DNA from: a virus
DNA length: 64,000 nucleotides
Virus record (IMG/VR): IMGVR_UViG_3300020580_000001
Coordinates: 1-64,000 of that record
Strand: one strand, 5' to 3'
Shown: piece by piece, positions 55,043 to 64,000 of the stretch
How the letters are laid out: every line of letters begins with the position of its first letter
How positions within the stretch are numbered: position 1 is the stretch's first letter
Translations under genes and position numbers: made by a program
The notes under the pieces: model-generated
The model's database searches: none
The model's input: the letters and a program-made list of their open reading frames with translations, nothing else
Told to the model about the DNA's origin: nothing

Positions 55043-56134
55043 TTAGACCCCAACCATTTGGGCAATCGCAATCGGCATCTTGATCACGGCCCCCCAGGTT
55101 CCGGCAACAAGCTTTTGCTTGAAGCTGGAAGTCGCCCGAATCATCGGAGAAGCGCGCATTTTATCGGAGAATGCACAAAACCCAGTATCTTGCCCATCAA
55201 CCGAGTCTGCAATCAACTGTACAAGATTGCCGGCAAGGTTCCCTTGTGGATTCAATGTGGACTGTGCGCCGTATTGAACTGCGTCCTCGATTCTGATGTT
55301 CGGGAAATTATCCGCCATCAATTGCTTGGTAGTTACACCAAAGGAGTTCTCGGCGTTCATCGCCATTTTAGATACCGGCGACATTGCAAGAACCATCTTA
55401 GATTCTGCATTCACCAACCCGGCTGTTTGCGAGACGAGTTGCGTAATGAGAGTTAGAATATCGTTATAAACCTCATTCGGCGAAGCATTAGGCGCATTTG
55501 TCGTGGTCATCCATGCCGTGCCGCCATTTTGTTTTGCCGCCGGAGTCAATGCCGCCGACAGGCTTGGGTCATTCAACAGACCATAATTTCGCAAACCACT
55601 AATCCCGAAGAAATATGAGAAATTCAGAAACTTGTCGAGATTGTAGGCCGCCGCGCCATTGACCTCGGACACATAGTTTAACCGAGCGAGGCCGGCAACT
55701 TCAAGCTCGCGATCGCCGACTTCCATCATCGTTTGATAGATATAATTCTGGCGATATTCCCATTGCGTGTTAATACCAGCACGGCCATTTTCATTATAAT
55801 CGCCGTAGGTCGAAACCTCGCCCGTGACTTCCAGCATTTGGATTTGCCAAGTGCTATCGATCCACGTCCCACGCTTGGTTTCACCAAAAATCTGCGCCGC
55901 CTTATTGAGCGCGAATTTCACCCGGACGATCTCCGGATCGAAATACGTAGTCAAATAGGCCGGAACGGATGAGTTAGGCGTTGTGAATAATGCGGGCTGC
56001 GCATCCATCGCCATTTGGAAGTTATGTCGATATTCATCCGGCAAATAGGCTTTGACATCCGGCAGCACAATACCGCGCGCTTCATGCATCGCCGCATGAG
56101 AGCGCCATGCCTGCATTGATTCCTGAACGTTCAT
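55043..56134 (-). CDS. major capsid protein (DUF2184)
   Basis: AMDAQP, E.TG....YGDY, GLLNDPSL, QK...GTWGAVI.MP.AIA. Confidence 0.9.
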   Translation of the reverse strand: MNVQESMQAWRSHAAMHEARGIVLPDVKAYLPDEYRHNFQMAMDAQPALFTTPNSSVPAYLTTYFDPEIVRVKFALNKAAQIFGETKRGTWIDSTWQIQMLEVTGEVSTYGDYNENGRAGINTQWEYRQNYIYQTMMEVGDRELEVAGLARLNYVSEVNGAAAYNLDKFLNFSYFFGISGLRNYGLLNDPSLSAALTPAAKQNGGTAWMTTTNAPNASPNEVYNDILTLITQLVSQTAGLVNAESKMVLAMSPVSKMAMNAENSFGVTTKQLMADNFPNIRIEDAVQYGAQSTLNPQGNLAGNLVQLIADSVDGQDTGFCAFSDKMRASPMIRATSSFKQKLVAGTWGAVIKMPIAIAQMVGV

Positions 56135-56152
56135 TTAAAAGGACTCCTTAAC

Positions 56153-56177
56153 AATAAAAAACCCCGCTATTGCGGGG
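56153..56177 (-). terminator. intrinsic terminator-like hairpin before capsid gene
   Basis: Minus strand CCCCGC-AATA-GCGGGG followed by TTTTTT. Confidence 0.6.
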
Positions 56178-56204
56178 CCGCTTCCACGTTGCTTATATAA
56201 TTAT

Positions 56205-57143
56205 TTATCCGAGTGTGTGAGTTGACATTTTAATCAACCCGCCCGCTGGGCCTTGTGAGCGCGCACGCCATTTCGTCTGATATGACAGCGCAGCCGTAAT
56301 AGTTGTCGAGGAGACAACAGTGTTATTGCTGACGATATATGTCCCGAGACCGCCGGTACCAGTGCCTAGCGCGGAGATATAAGTGCCGGCAACAACACTT
56401 GCGCCTGAAAGCACGTCGCCGGCGCCGAACAGCCCGACAAGTGCGGAAGCCGCCGTGAATGTGCCATAGGTTTCGGAAATCGTCGTTGACGCCACGACCT
56501 GGTCGGGGATCGATACCGAATATGTACCGATGCCGCCTGCCGTTCCGGTGAGCTGCGCAACGACCATCGTGCCGGTGGCAACTGCCGTTCCAGAGAGCGT
56601 ACCGCCCGGAACAACTACGCCGGAACCTACTGCCGTAATCGTCATCACATTGCCGGCAATAGAGCCAGTAAATGATCCGGTCGACGCCGCTATCGAGCCG
56701 GTAGCACTTGCCGTTGCGCCGGCCGCGGCCGCCGCAAATGATATTCTGCCATCGGCATAATTCGCATAGGCGAACTGATCATAAAGAGCTTCGGTCGTCC
56801 CATCGTTTTTGACCCAAACATCACCGCCGCTTATTAAGGTGACGCCAAACCCAGGGGGGATCAAGAAACTAGTTTCTGCGAGATAAATCGTGAGAAGGCC
56901 TTGCTGTTCACGATGGACGAACCCTGCTGGCTGACCATTGCCAAAGTTATTGACAATCATCGGAGTTTCGTTTGGATCTAGTGGCGATGGCTGAAGCCAG
57001 GCAAACCTGCCAATGGTAAGGCCGGCCGCCCCGGTTACGAGTCCACCTGGACCAGCCGGAACAAACATCCGAACATTAGAGCTTGCCCAATCACCCGGGA
57101 CAGCCGGTGCCGGAACAGTTGCAACAGAAGTTTGGAAAGGCAT
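56205..57143 (-). CDS. head decoration/cement protein with insertion
   Basis: FQTSV...PAPAVPGDWAS, GRFAW, GFVHREQQG; duplicated GTGG.GTY.VS units. Confidence 0.75.
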   Translation of the reverse strand: MPFQTSVATVPAPAVPGDWASSNVRMFVPAGPGGLVTGAAGLTIGRFAWLQPSPLDPNETPMIVNNFGNGQPAGFVHREQQGLLTIYLAETSFLIPPGFGVTLISGGDVWVKNDGTTEALYDQFAYANYADGRISFAAAAAGATASATGSIAASTGSFTGSIAGNVMTITAVGSGVVVPGGTLSGTAVATGTMVVAQLTGTAGGIGTYSVSIPDQVVASTTISETYGTFTAASALVGLFGAGDVLSGASVVAGTYISALGTGTGGLGTYIVSNNTVVSSTTITAALSYQTKWRARSQGPAGGLIKMSTHTLG

Positions 57144-57210
57144 AATACTTGATCTCCTTTAGCAATTATGCTAGTGTTTTTAGAGAGATTGATACAGATG
57201 GGAAACGCGA

Positions 57211-57483
57211 ATGAACCGGGCTGATCATAAACATATCGCAGATATGCTGAAGCATATCTTAGACAAGAAATTGAAGAATCTTACTGTCTCAGATAAGAAA
57301 TGGCTTGATGCTGCATCGAACGCCATGGTTGCACTTATGAATGAAGATGCCGAATCGGCAATTACCATTCTCAGTTCAATTGGAGAACATGAGGCTGCCG
57401 ATTTTATTAGAATGAATGGATGTAACATCGCAAAGTTCATGGCTAATAGCCGTTCATTTCGCAATGTAACATCAAGCCATTGA
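57211..57483 (+). CDS. antisense moron, hypothetical
   Basis: AT-rich 90-aa ORF between head genes. Confidence 0.5.
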   Translation: MNRADHKHIADMLKHILDKKLKNLTVSDKKWLDAASNAMVALMNEDAESAITILSSIGEHEAADFIRMNGCNIAKFMANSRSFRNVTSSH

Positions 57484-58995
57484 TTACATTATTCGAATGC
57501 GAGCTGCATCTGGGAACATTTCGGAAAAGCTCTTTACCCCTGCAGCATCCATAGCAACCCTCGGCTTTGACTTAGGATCGGATGCTTTCGGCTGCATTTC
57601 CAAGATAGTTTTGAGCGCGATAAGCTCATTGATGCCTTCGGTTTTGATCCCCATGGCGTCAAGAGCGGTGCGGTAAACTTCATCCGCGCTATCATGCGCC
57701 ATCGCGAGGTCGCCAACATAGGGGCGAACCGCGCGCTCGGCATCGCGAATATCTTTCTGTGTTTTGATTGCTGACGCCGTTGCTGCTCTCACAGCCGATG
57801 CAATTGCCGCATCCATTGCCGGCTTTGTCACAAGATCGTCAGGCTCGCCATCCTTGGCGCCTTTCTTTTTGTCCTTGGCCTTACCCTTTGGTTCTTGCTC
57901 TTCCTCGTCCTTATCGTCTCCCTTGTCATCATCAAGATCAGCATCTTTTGCGGACTTCTTTTTGTCCTTAGCCTTTTTCTTGTCGTCCTCGTCCTCGTCG
58001 TCCCACTCGTCCTCGCCCTTGGCCTTATCTTTGTCCTTATCTGGCCATTCGTCCTCGGCAATGCTAAGCGCATCGATCGAATCGAGAAGTGAGCCGGCGT
58101 CATCTAGGGACGCATCCTGAGCGAGCTTTCCTTTAGTCCGCTCTGTCAGCGCCGTAATGATGCTCGGCTTGCTGTCCTTGAAATTGTCTTTAGTGATCTT
58201 TGCAAGAATTGGCGTAAGATCAATCTTTGCATCCTGTGCCAGCTTTGGCCGCAGATAAACAAGCAACGCGCCTTGGGCCACTGCGGCCTTGCGGCTCAAT
58301 ACGGTCTTTGACATGATTATTTCTCCATTGGAATCGCCGACAACGACATCGGGACCGGCGCGCCCCTCAGCAACCAACGCAACATGGTTGGCTTGAATTT
58401 CTCGCATAACGCCATCATAAGCCTGCCCTTGATAAACACCGGGCGTCATATCGGCTTTATAGCGATAGCCACATGACAGCTCTTGCTTCGAGCCATCTTC
58501 GATTGCATCAATGGCCTTGCCGGGCCACACAACCAGCTCGGCTTTTAAAAATGGCGCATCGAATACCGGATTATAAACGGCACCGACAACCGTATTATAA
58601 GCATGATCTTCGGCATCTACCGGGCGATGCTGGAATAACAGCGGCTTGCCATCGAATGTGTCGACAGCCTTTTTTAATTCCTCCGGATCGCGGAGCAGAT
58701 GATAGATTCGATCGCCATCGAGACCGAGCTCTTTCCAGTCCGGGATTTCACGGCCGAGGTATGGATTAACCGTGGCTTTAGAGATATTGCTTTCGGCAAT
58801 GTGGAGATGGCCATCCTGGTCGACGGTGCGAACGGATGCCTTGTCTAGCGCTAGAGCGTCATCTCCCGTGTATCCATTAGCATGCGCTGCCGCGGCCTGC
58901 TTCTCAGCATCCGCGCGATCAGCATAGCATTTGCCGGAATCGCCCCATTGCCAACCATCACTACCACTCGGGAGTTTGCATTGTTTGATGGGCAT
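57484..58995 (-). CDS. DUF2213 prohead protease/scaffold
   Basis: DGHLH...ISKA.V.PY.G.EIP, ELSCGY, NHVALV.EGRAG.DV; D/K-rich scaffold region. Confidence 0.9.
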   Translation of the reverse strand: MPIKQCKLPSGSDGWQWGDSGKCYADRADAEKQAAAAHANGYTGDDALALDKASVRTVDQDGHLHIAESNISKATVNPYLGREIPDWKELGLDGDRIYHLLRDPEELKKAVDTFDGKPLLFQHRPVDAEDHAYNTVVGAVYNPVFDAPFLKAELVVWPGKAIDAIEDGSKQELSCGYRYKADMTPGVYQGQAYDGVMREIQANHVALVAEGRAGPDVVVGDSNGEIIMSKTVLSRKAAVAQGALLVYLRPKLAQDAKIDLTPILAKITKDNFKDSKPSIITALTERTKGKLAQDASLDDAGSLLDSIDALSIAEDEWPDKDKDKAKGEDEWDDEDEDDKKKAKDKKKSAKDADLDDDKGDDKDEEEQEPKGKAKDKKKGAKDGEPDDLVTKPAMDAAIASAVRAATASAIKTQKDIRDAERAVRPYVGDLAMAHDSADEVYRTALDAMGIKTEGINELIALKTILEMQPKASDPKSKPRVAMDAAGVKSFSEMFPDAARIRIM

Positions 58996-59001
58996 AATTG
59001 C

Positions 59002-59769
59002 TTAATCCGACCCAATAACAACCAATGGAACGCATCGGCAATTCGGCAGCGCCCCCGCGTGCCCTGTCATATTATCCAGCGTAGGCGGATTATCCCATCG
59101 CACGAATTTGCCTTCCATTTTCTTGTGAGAAGGCCGTACATCGCTATCCCGCACGGTCGCCCAGGTATACCCCTCGGAGCCAACAAACTGCGCCCTTGCC
59201 TGCGTGAGCGCGGTTGCGGTACGGCCTACCTCAGTCCTCGCGATCAGCGTTGCCCGACTTTTGCTAACTTCGCCAGTTCGCATGATCTCGGCGGCGATGT
59301 CCTTTGCTCGCGTGCCTTGCTGGATGCCCTCTATAGTGAGCTCATGCACCCGCTGCGCGGCATCCAATGGCAGGCTTTTGATTAAATGAACCTGCTCTTG
59401 AAGAAGCTGCTGCATTGTGGCACCGATAGGAGCATATTCGATTTCCTGATGCAGCGCGCGGCCCATCTGAGCCGATACCTCACGCCACGTTTGCTTATCG
59501 CGAGCCGCGACTTCCGTGATCATCCGATTCGCAACCGCGCGCGCCCAAGGCTCGATTAGCTGCGCATAGCGATCAAGCGCCGCATGCATTTGAATCCATC
59601 CGTCACTTGTCGATGGATCAAAGCCGCGAACAATGTCTCCGATATGCGAGGCTATTTTGCGAAGCCGGATTGCAAATTGTGTTTCCGCTTTCCGCGCCCG
59701 CATAAACGCGGCCTTTAATGGCGGGATATCACGGCGACGTTTATTGAACCCAGTATTGTGAACGTTCAT
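59002..59769 (-). CDS. head morphogenesis protein (SPP1 gp7/Mu F)
   Basis: RATLIARTE, Y.W....D..VRPSH, NCRC. Confidence 0.9.
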   Translation of the reverse strand: MNVHNTGFNKRRRDIPPLKAAFMRARKAETQFAIRLRKIASHIGDIVRGFDPSTSDGWIQMHAALDRYAQLIEPWARAVANRMITEVAARDKQTWREVSAQMGRALHQEIEYAPIGATMQQLLQEQVHLIKSLPLDAAQRVHELTIEGIQQGTRAKDIAAEIMRTGEVSKSRATLIARTEVGRTATALTQARAQFVGSEGYTWATVRDSDVRPSHKKMEGKFVRWDNPPTLDNMTGHAGALPNCRCVPLVVIGSD

Positions 59770-60239
59770 TAAGCCTGCGTATAATTAATAACAAGCATTC
59801 CGGCACCAACTGCGGTTGGTGTGGTACTTTGCGCAATCCTGATAAATACATTAGGTGTTCCGACCGGCATGGCAAGCAGTGCAGCAGCCGCAGCATTTAC
59901 CAATGTCAATTGAACAATTCCAATTGAGGCTATAGAAGTAGCAGCCACATATTGCGCACCACCTTGCGCGCTGCCAATAGAGATGTTAGCGGTTGTTCCG
60001 GTATATGCCGTAGTCGTATAAACGGCGATCGACTCAATCGTAGCGCCGGCCGGAACCGACATAGTAAAATCCGTATTGGTCACGGCCGTAACCGGCAGAC
60101 TCAATCTCTGGATAAAATCAGTCTTCCCGGCAATGCCGCTAGCCGAATCTATTAGACCGCCACCATCAACGCCAATACTAGCAAATACCGGATTTGTCAC
60201 ATTGCCGAGGTTCGGATCCCATATCGTATTCATAATCAT
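59769..60239 (-). CDS. virion beta-sandwich protein
   Basis: VPAGATI...ISIG...GGAQYV; inside the head operon. Confidence 0.6.
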   Translation of the reverse strand: MIMNTIWDPNLGNVTNPVFASIGVDGGGLIDSASGIAGKTDFIQRLSLPVTAVTNTDFTMSVPAGATIESIAVYTTTAYTGTTANISIGSAQGGAQYVAATSIASIGIVQLTLVNAAAAALLAMPVGTPNVFIRIAQSTTPTAVGAGMLVINYTQA

Positions 60240-60252
60240 TATATTTTATTCC

Positions 60253-60492
60253 TTATTTAGAAACCACGACTTCGCCGGTTCCGATTACCCAAAGATGACT
60301 TACAGTGGCAGTTGAATATGGGCCAAAATCAGGATTGATGCGAAATCCGAATGTTGGCGACAAGCCAGGCTTAACATCGGCAATCGCGAATAGGTTGTTA
60401 GCCTCGCCTGATTCAACCGCAAGAAATGGCCCAGCCCCCAAATCAGTCCAATCGGTTATCGCTGCCTGAACGAGCGTTGTCGCAACAGCCAT
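60253..60492 (-). CDS. hypothetical protein
   Basis: GAGGA RBS. Confidence 0.55.
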   Translation of the reverse strand: MAVATTLVQAAITDWTDLGAGPFLAVESGEANNLFAIADVKPGLSPTFGFRINPDFGPYSTATVSHLWVIGTGEVVVSK

Positions 60493-60494
60493 GT

Positions 60495-62255
60495 TTAATC
60501 CTCACCACCATTGCCGGCTGATTTATTTACATTAGCTTCAAGATTGCCGCTTCCACTACCTGGTGGCTTCATCTTGAGTTCCGCCTCTGCTTGCATCATA
60601 TCCATTTCGCTTGGCGGCGGAGGTTCTGCCTCGGCCTCCTCGATATCCTCGGGCGTGATAGTCGTAAAAATACCAGACTCCTTCGAGGATTCAAGAAGCT
60701 CCTTCAAGCCCTGAGCATGACTGATCAAACCGGCCGTAAACGCCTCGACTACCGCCGTAGTCGCCTTAGCCCCATATTCAACCTTCTTATCCGGAGCGCC
60801 CGGCTCATCACTCAAGTTCAGCCCGGCATAAGGCGTGTCTGGATCGCCCGCAACCCGCTGGCGTGCCTCCGATGGCGCTATAACCCCAGTAGCAATATGA
60901 ACCTGATCTGTCTCCGCCTCAATCTTTTGCTTCTCGGCAAGAGCCTTCTCGTCGAGTGACCAAAGCGGCTCATATTCAAAGGTGATATCTGGATCTACCG
61001 AGCCGAATTCATTGAGTTGTATAAACCCTAGAACTGTTGTTATTTTCGATGAGAATAGCAATTCCTGATAGGAATGAATCCAGTCATAGAACGATCTGAT
61101 TTCGTCTTCCGATGACGCATTAAGCCCGGATGGCGTGATGCCTGTATATTTAATTAATGGAAGTCCACTAGTACTGCATATATGCTCTTGTGACTGGGCC
61201 TGCAAATGATCAAGCGTACCTAACGGCGTCGAGACGTTAAAGAACTCTTCACCGTCTACGCCGGCCTGATTGTTTAGAACCATCAAGCCTTTGTTATCAC
61301 GCAAATTGTTAAATAGTTGGACTCGCCTATGTAGGCTAGTTGCAGAGTCCGGATTGGCATTCAATTGATCCGTAAGATTGGTTGTTATACCACTCACAGA
61401 AAACGAATGAATAAGATCCTCTACGCTTCGTTTGGTTCTAAGCCAACTCTCGACTGTCGGCATTACCATTTGCGATAGAGAGAGACCGCCAAATGAATAA
61501 GCTGGCTTGAGAAGATCAGGAACCTCGCGGCCAATAAATGTTAATAACCTAGATTTGTGAATTTCCTTCCCCATAACGAACCATGAGGCGGGATTATACC
61601 AATCGTCGCTTAGCGGGTCCTGGGCATTGTAATTCATCGGATAGCACCAGACCGCCTCGACAGCCTTAAACCCTTTCAGCCCTCCTTTGCCTACTTTCGC
61701 CGCGCTAACCTTATCGTGCCCATCTCCGATCGGTGTCTTAAGCTCATCAGGATCATCGGTTGTCCCAAGATCGATATATATATGCCCGCGGCCAAATTCA
61801 CCATCCGCCTGGGCCGCCTCACGAAAGATATCCCGAATGCGAAATTTCTTGAATGCTGCTTCTATCTTTGATATTTTATCGGTTTTGTCCGCATCTCCGA
61901 CGGCTTGAAAGCGAATCCACTTCCGCGTCATCTCCGTTGCGATGGTTTCGGAAATACGGCGATATTCAGGACGCTGGGCAAGCAGCGCTAGTTCCGGATA
62001 TCCGATAAAATGATCGGCACCTCCGGCATACATCGATGTCGTTAAAGCCGATCCAGCCCACGACATGGAGCCAGACAAGGCATCGTCCATCGCCATGCCG
62101 CGACCAGATGGCGCTACACCAGGAGGATGCTCCGGCACAGTAAATGGTTGAATTGATCTTCGTTGCGGCCCAGACGAAAATGCAAGAACTGAATCACTAA
62201 TAACAGCGGTTTGTACCGGTAGACTTTTGCGCCGGCTAGTTACAGCTCCTTTCAT
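60495..62255 (-). CDS. portal protein (DUF1073)
   Basis: FIGYPEL..LAQ.PEYR, EMTRKW, IHKSRL, LKPAYSFGG.S, GITPSGLNAS; position after terminase. Confidence 0.9.
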   Translation of the reverse strand: MKGAVTSRRKSLPVQTAVISDSVLAFSSGPQRRSIQPFTVPEHPPGVAPSGRGMAMDDALSGSMSWAGSALTTSMYAGGADHFIGYPELALLAQRPEYRRISETIATEMTRKWIRFQAVGDADKTDKISKIEAAFKKFRIRDIFREAAQADGEFGRGHIYIDLGTTDDPDELKTPIGDGHDKVSAAKVGKGGLKGFKAVEAVWCYPMNYNAQDPLSDDWYNPASWFVMGKEIHKSRLLTFIGREVPDLLKPAYSFGGLSLSQMVMPTVESWLRTKRSVEDLIHSFSVSGITTNLTDQLNANPDSATSLHRRVQLFNNLRDNKGLMVLNNQAGVDGEEFFNVSTPLGTLDHLQAQSQEHICSTSGLPLIKYTGITPSGLNASSEDEIRSFYDWIHSYQELLFSSKITTVLGFIQLNEFGSVDPDITFEYEPLWSLDEKALAEKQKIEAETDQVHIATGVIAPSEARQRVAGDPDTPYAGLNLSDEPGAPDKKVEYGAKATTAVVEAFTAGLISHAQGLKELLESSKESGIFTTITPEDIEEAEAEPPPPSEMDMMQAEAELKMKPPGSGSGNLEANVNKSAGNGGED

Positions 62256-62264
62256 TACCCCGGC

Positions 62265-62480
62265 CTATCTTTTGAGCTTTTTCCACACAATAAAAAAGCA
62301 TACCGAAAAGGTAGCGACGGCGACAGCGATAAGCCAAGGAAACAGTCTTTCCTCGTTGCCTGGGAAAAAGAATATGACGACTAATCCCGCAATCCAGAAA
62401 GCCAAGCCAAGAACGAAGGGCCAGGCGCGCAGAGGCAAGCCAAAAATTCTTACCACCTTCGGCCACTCATAGCCGACCAC
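62265..62480 (-). CDS. small 2-TM protein
   Basis: Two hydrophobic segments between terminase and portal. Confidence 0.5.
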   Translation of the reverse strand: MVGYEWPKVVRIFGLPLRAWPFVLGLAFWIAGLVVIFFFPGNEERLFPWLIAVAVATFSVCFFIVWKKLKR

Positions 62481-63712
62481 CGTAGCACATCATCACTAAT
62501 CACGATCGGACGCGATGCATGTGCTTTATGCTGCACGGCAAGCGCCAATGCACACACACAGTCGTCGTGGAATCCCTCAGGAGCCGTATAGCGACAACCT
62601 GTCCGAGTATATTCATACTCGAAATTTTCCAATTCCATCCGAATCGGGCCGTCCGGAAATGTTACTTCCCGTTTTTGAATTGCAACAGCAAGGCCTTCCA
62701 TTAGCTTTTGCTTGGAGGCGGAATTAAAGTTATACCCTTCAAATCTTGTGCCTGGGCGTTTTTGCAGCATCTCAACAATTGGGTCGCCGACTCCGGTCGA
62801 ATCAACAAGTGCTGGCGTTGATCCGGTTGCGGCGATGATTTGCTCCATAGTGTTGTCCCATGGTCCTTGAAATCTATGGAAACGACACACACGCCCATAT
62901 TCATCAAGAGCAATCCCCACGGTCCAATCGATATGCTTCGCAAGATCCCAGCCCCAAACTACCGGATTCGTCAGTGCCAATGGTTCGAGACATCTCGCTA
63001 TCGCCGCAAGCCCGAATGGGTTGCCGCCGTCGTCCGAAGGTTCGGCAAGATATAGTTCACGAAATACCGCATCCGGGAGAATGCGGCGCGCGTCCTCGAC
63101 CTCTTCATCGGCGAGCACACCCGCATCAACCGCATCAGCCGCGATCAGCTTATGATAACTCAGCCCCGCCTCACCAGCCTCGGCACGTCGACAAAGCGCA
63201 TAAAACCAGTTCTTGCGGCCCTTGACATTGCCTATAATGCGAGCCGGACCTCGCGTCGCGGTAAGCGTCGAGCGCAGCGCATGCCAGGCCTCCTCGCGCA
63301 TACGAGAGGCTTCATCAATGACAGCCGCAAAAACGTCCTCGCCATAAAGCCCGTCTGGTTTTTCGCCAGACTTGAAAGTGATAATAGCCCCATTCATCAA
63401 TACTATAGATGGAGGGACTTCAACACTTGTATAAAGATCTCTTGGGATTGCCAATTTCATACGCCGAAAGGCAATTTGTGCCTGCCCGAACACGGGCGCA
63501 ATCCACCAATAGTTCTGACCAGATTTCCCCTTCAATGCCTGCTCGAACAGCCATGCTATACAGCCGACGGTTTTGCCTGTCTTGGTCGACGCCTCCGTTA
63601 ATGAATAACGGGCCGGGCTCCCAAGCGCGTCCACCGGCTGAAATATAGCAGCAAATTGTTTTCCATAAAGCGGCGGCCGCTCATAATGCCACGAATCACC
63701 CTTGCTCTGCAT
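62450..63712 (-). CDS. terL: terminase large subunit
   Basis: ASTKTGKT Walker A, VIDEA Walker B, FRELYLAE, GWDLAK..DWT, HDDCV.ALALA. Confidence 0.93.
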   Translation of the reverse strand: MQSKGDSWHYERPPLYGKQFAAIFQPVDALGSPARYSLTEASTKTGKTVGCIAWLFEQALKGKSGQNYWWIAPVFGQAQIAFRRMKLAIPRDLYTSVEVPPSIVLMNGAIITFKSGEKPDGLYGEDVFAAVIDEASRMREEAWHALRSTLTATRGPARIIGNVKGRKNWFYALCRRAEAGEAGLSYHKLIAADAVDAGVLADEEVEDARRILPDAVFRELYLAEPSDDGGNPFGLAAIARCLEPLALTNPVVWGWDLAKHIDWTVGIALDEYGRVCRFHRFQGPWDNTMEQIIAATGSTPALVDSTGVGDPIVEMLQKRPGTRFEGYNFNSASKQKLMEGLAVAIQKREVTFPDGPIRMELENFEYEYTRTGCRYTAPEGFHDDCVCALALAVQHKAHASRPIVISDDVLRWSAMSGRRW

Positions 63713-64000
63713 GCTCTATTAGTCTCGTCTCCTGACCGTTGAGCTTAGCATTCCCAATGGTAATTGTAAAGGTCCGATTATCCTGAATATTGTTCGTCGG
63801 AGATTGGTCACGCCATATTTCCGGGCGCCTATTCTTCAGCCAGAAAAAGCAAGACACAGGATCCGGAGGAACATGCTCGCGATATGGAACGGTAACCGTT
63901 CCCTTTGGGCCATTGAATATCTTAACCGCATCAAATGTATAGCCACAGGCTCTTTGATATAAACTGCGCTGCACACGACCGTCGGCAAATTCTTTCTCAA
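63696..64000 (-). CDS. terS: terminase small subunit (5' end outside window)
   Basis: SLYQRACGY...HVPPD....FWLKNRRP..WRD. Confidence 0.85.
   Translation of the reverse strand, partial: EKEFADGRVQRSLYQRACGYTFDAVKIFNGPKGTVTVPYREHVPPDPVSCFFWLKNRRPEIWRDQSPTNNIQDNRTFTITIGNAKLNGQETRLIEHAEQG

Noticed and set aside
57830-58060. Asp/Lys-rich low-complexity repeat as a separate element
   Set aside because: Ordinary charged linker of the scaffold region
60495-62255. Anti-CBASS Acb1 label sometimes attached to DUF1073 proteins
   Set aside because: Position and motifs indicate a portal; no separate phosphoesterase domain with paired HxT motifs is apparent
1-64000. Most short ORF-track entries antisense to or overlapping long genes, and prophage-host junctions
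   Set aside because: They lack RBS, coupling or motifs and are shadows of real genes; phage genes continue on both sides of int and to both window edges, so no host boundary is visible

Overview
The whole 64 kb window is a temperate tailed phage, most likely infecting an alphaproteobacterium (inferred from gene families and the tRNA-Thr att motif). No host genes are visible. Left to right: a leftward early operon (dCTP deaminase, DNA methyltransferase, DnaA-C-like HTH protein); a lambda-like cro/cI switch with GTWTC-N7-GAWAC operators; a rightward operon (HNH nucleases, Gp157, SSB-like protein, many micro-ORFs) ending in xis/int, a probable attP and a complete tRNA-Thr(GGT); an IS1-family transposon with cargo; then, on the minus strand, lysis genes, exported/adhesin-glycanase genes, and a contractile-tail morphogenesis module (DUF2612/baseplate J/Gp138/DUF3383 sheath/DUF3277 tube/DUF2184 capsid/DUF2213/DUF1073 portal/terminase). 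Most unusual observations: (1) a repeat-delimited, translationally chained array of nine micro-gene cassettes feeding directly into xis/int; (2) a complete Zn-finger HNH endonuclease overprinted in another frame inside the methyltransferase gene with both frames open; (3) a TSD-flanked transposon carrying a three-gene toxin-antitoxin-like module plus a tRNA-like RNA; (4) an apparent att-site/replacement-tRNA arrangement; (5) a tRNA-shaped ncRNA with a possible pseudoknot; (6) two paralogous tape-measure genes. All family assignments come from motif recognition by eye; no database searches were run.
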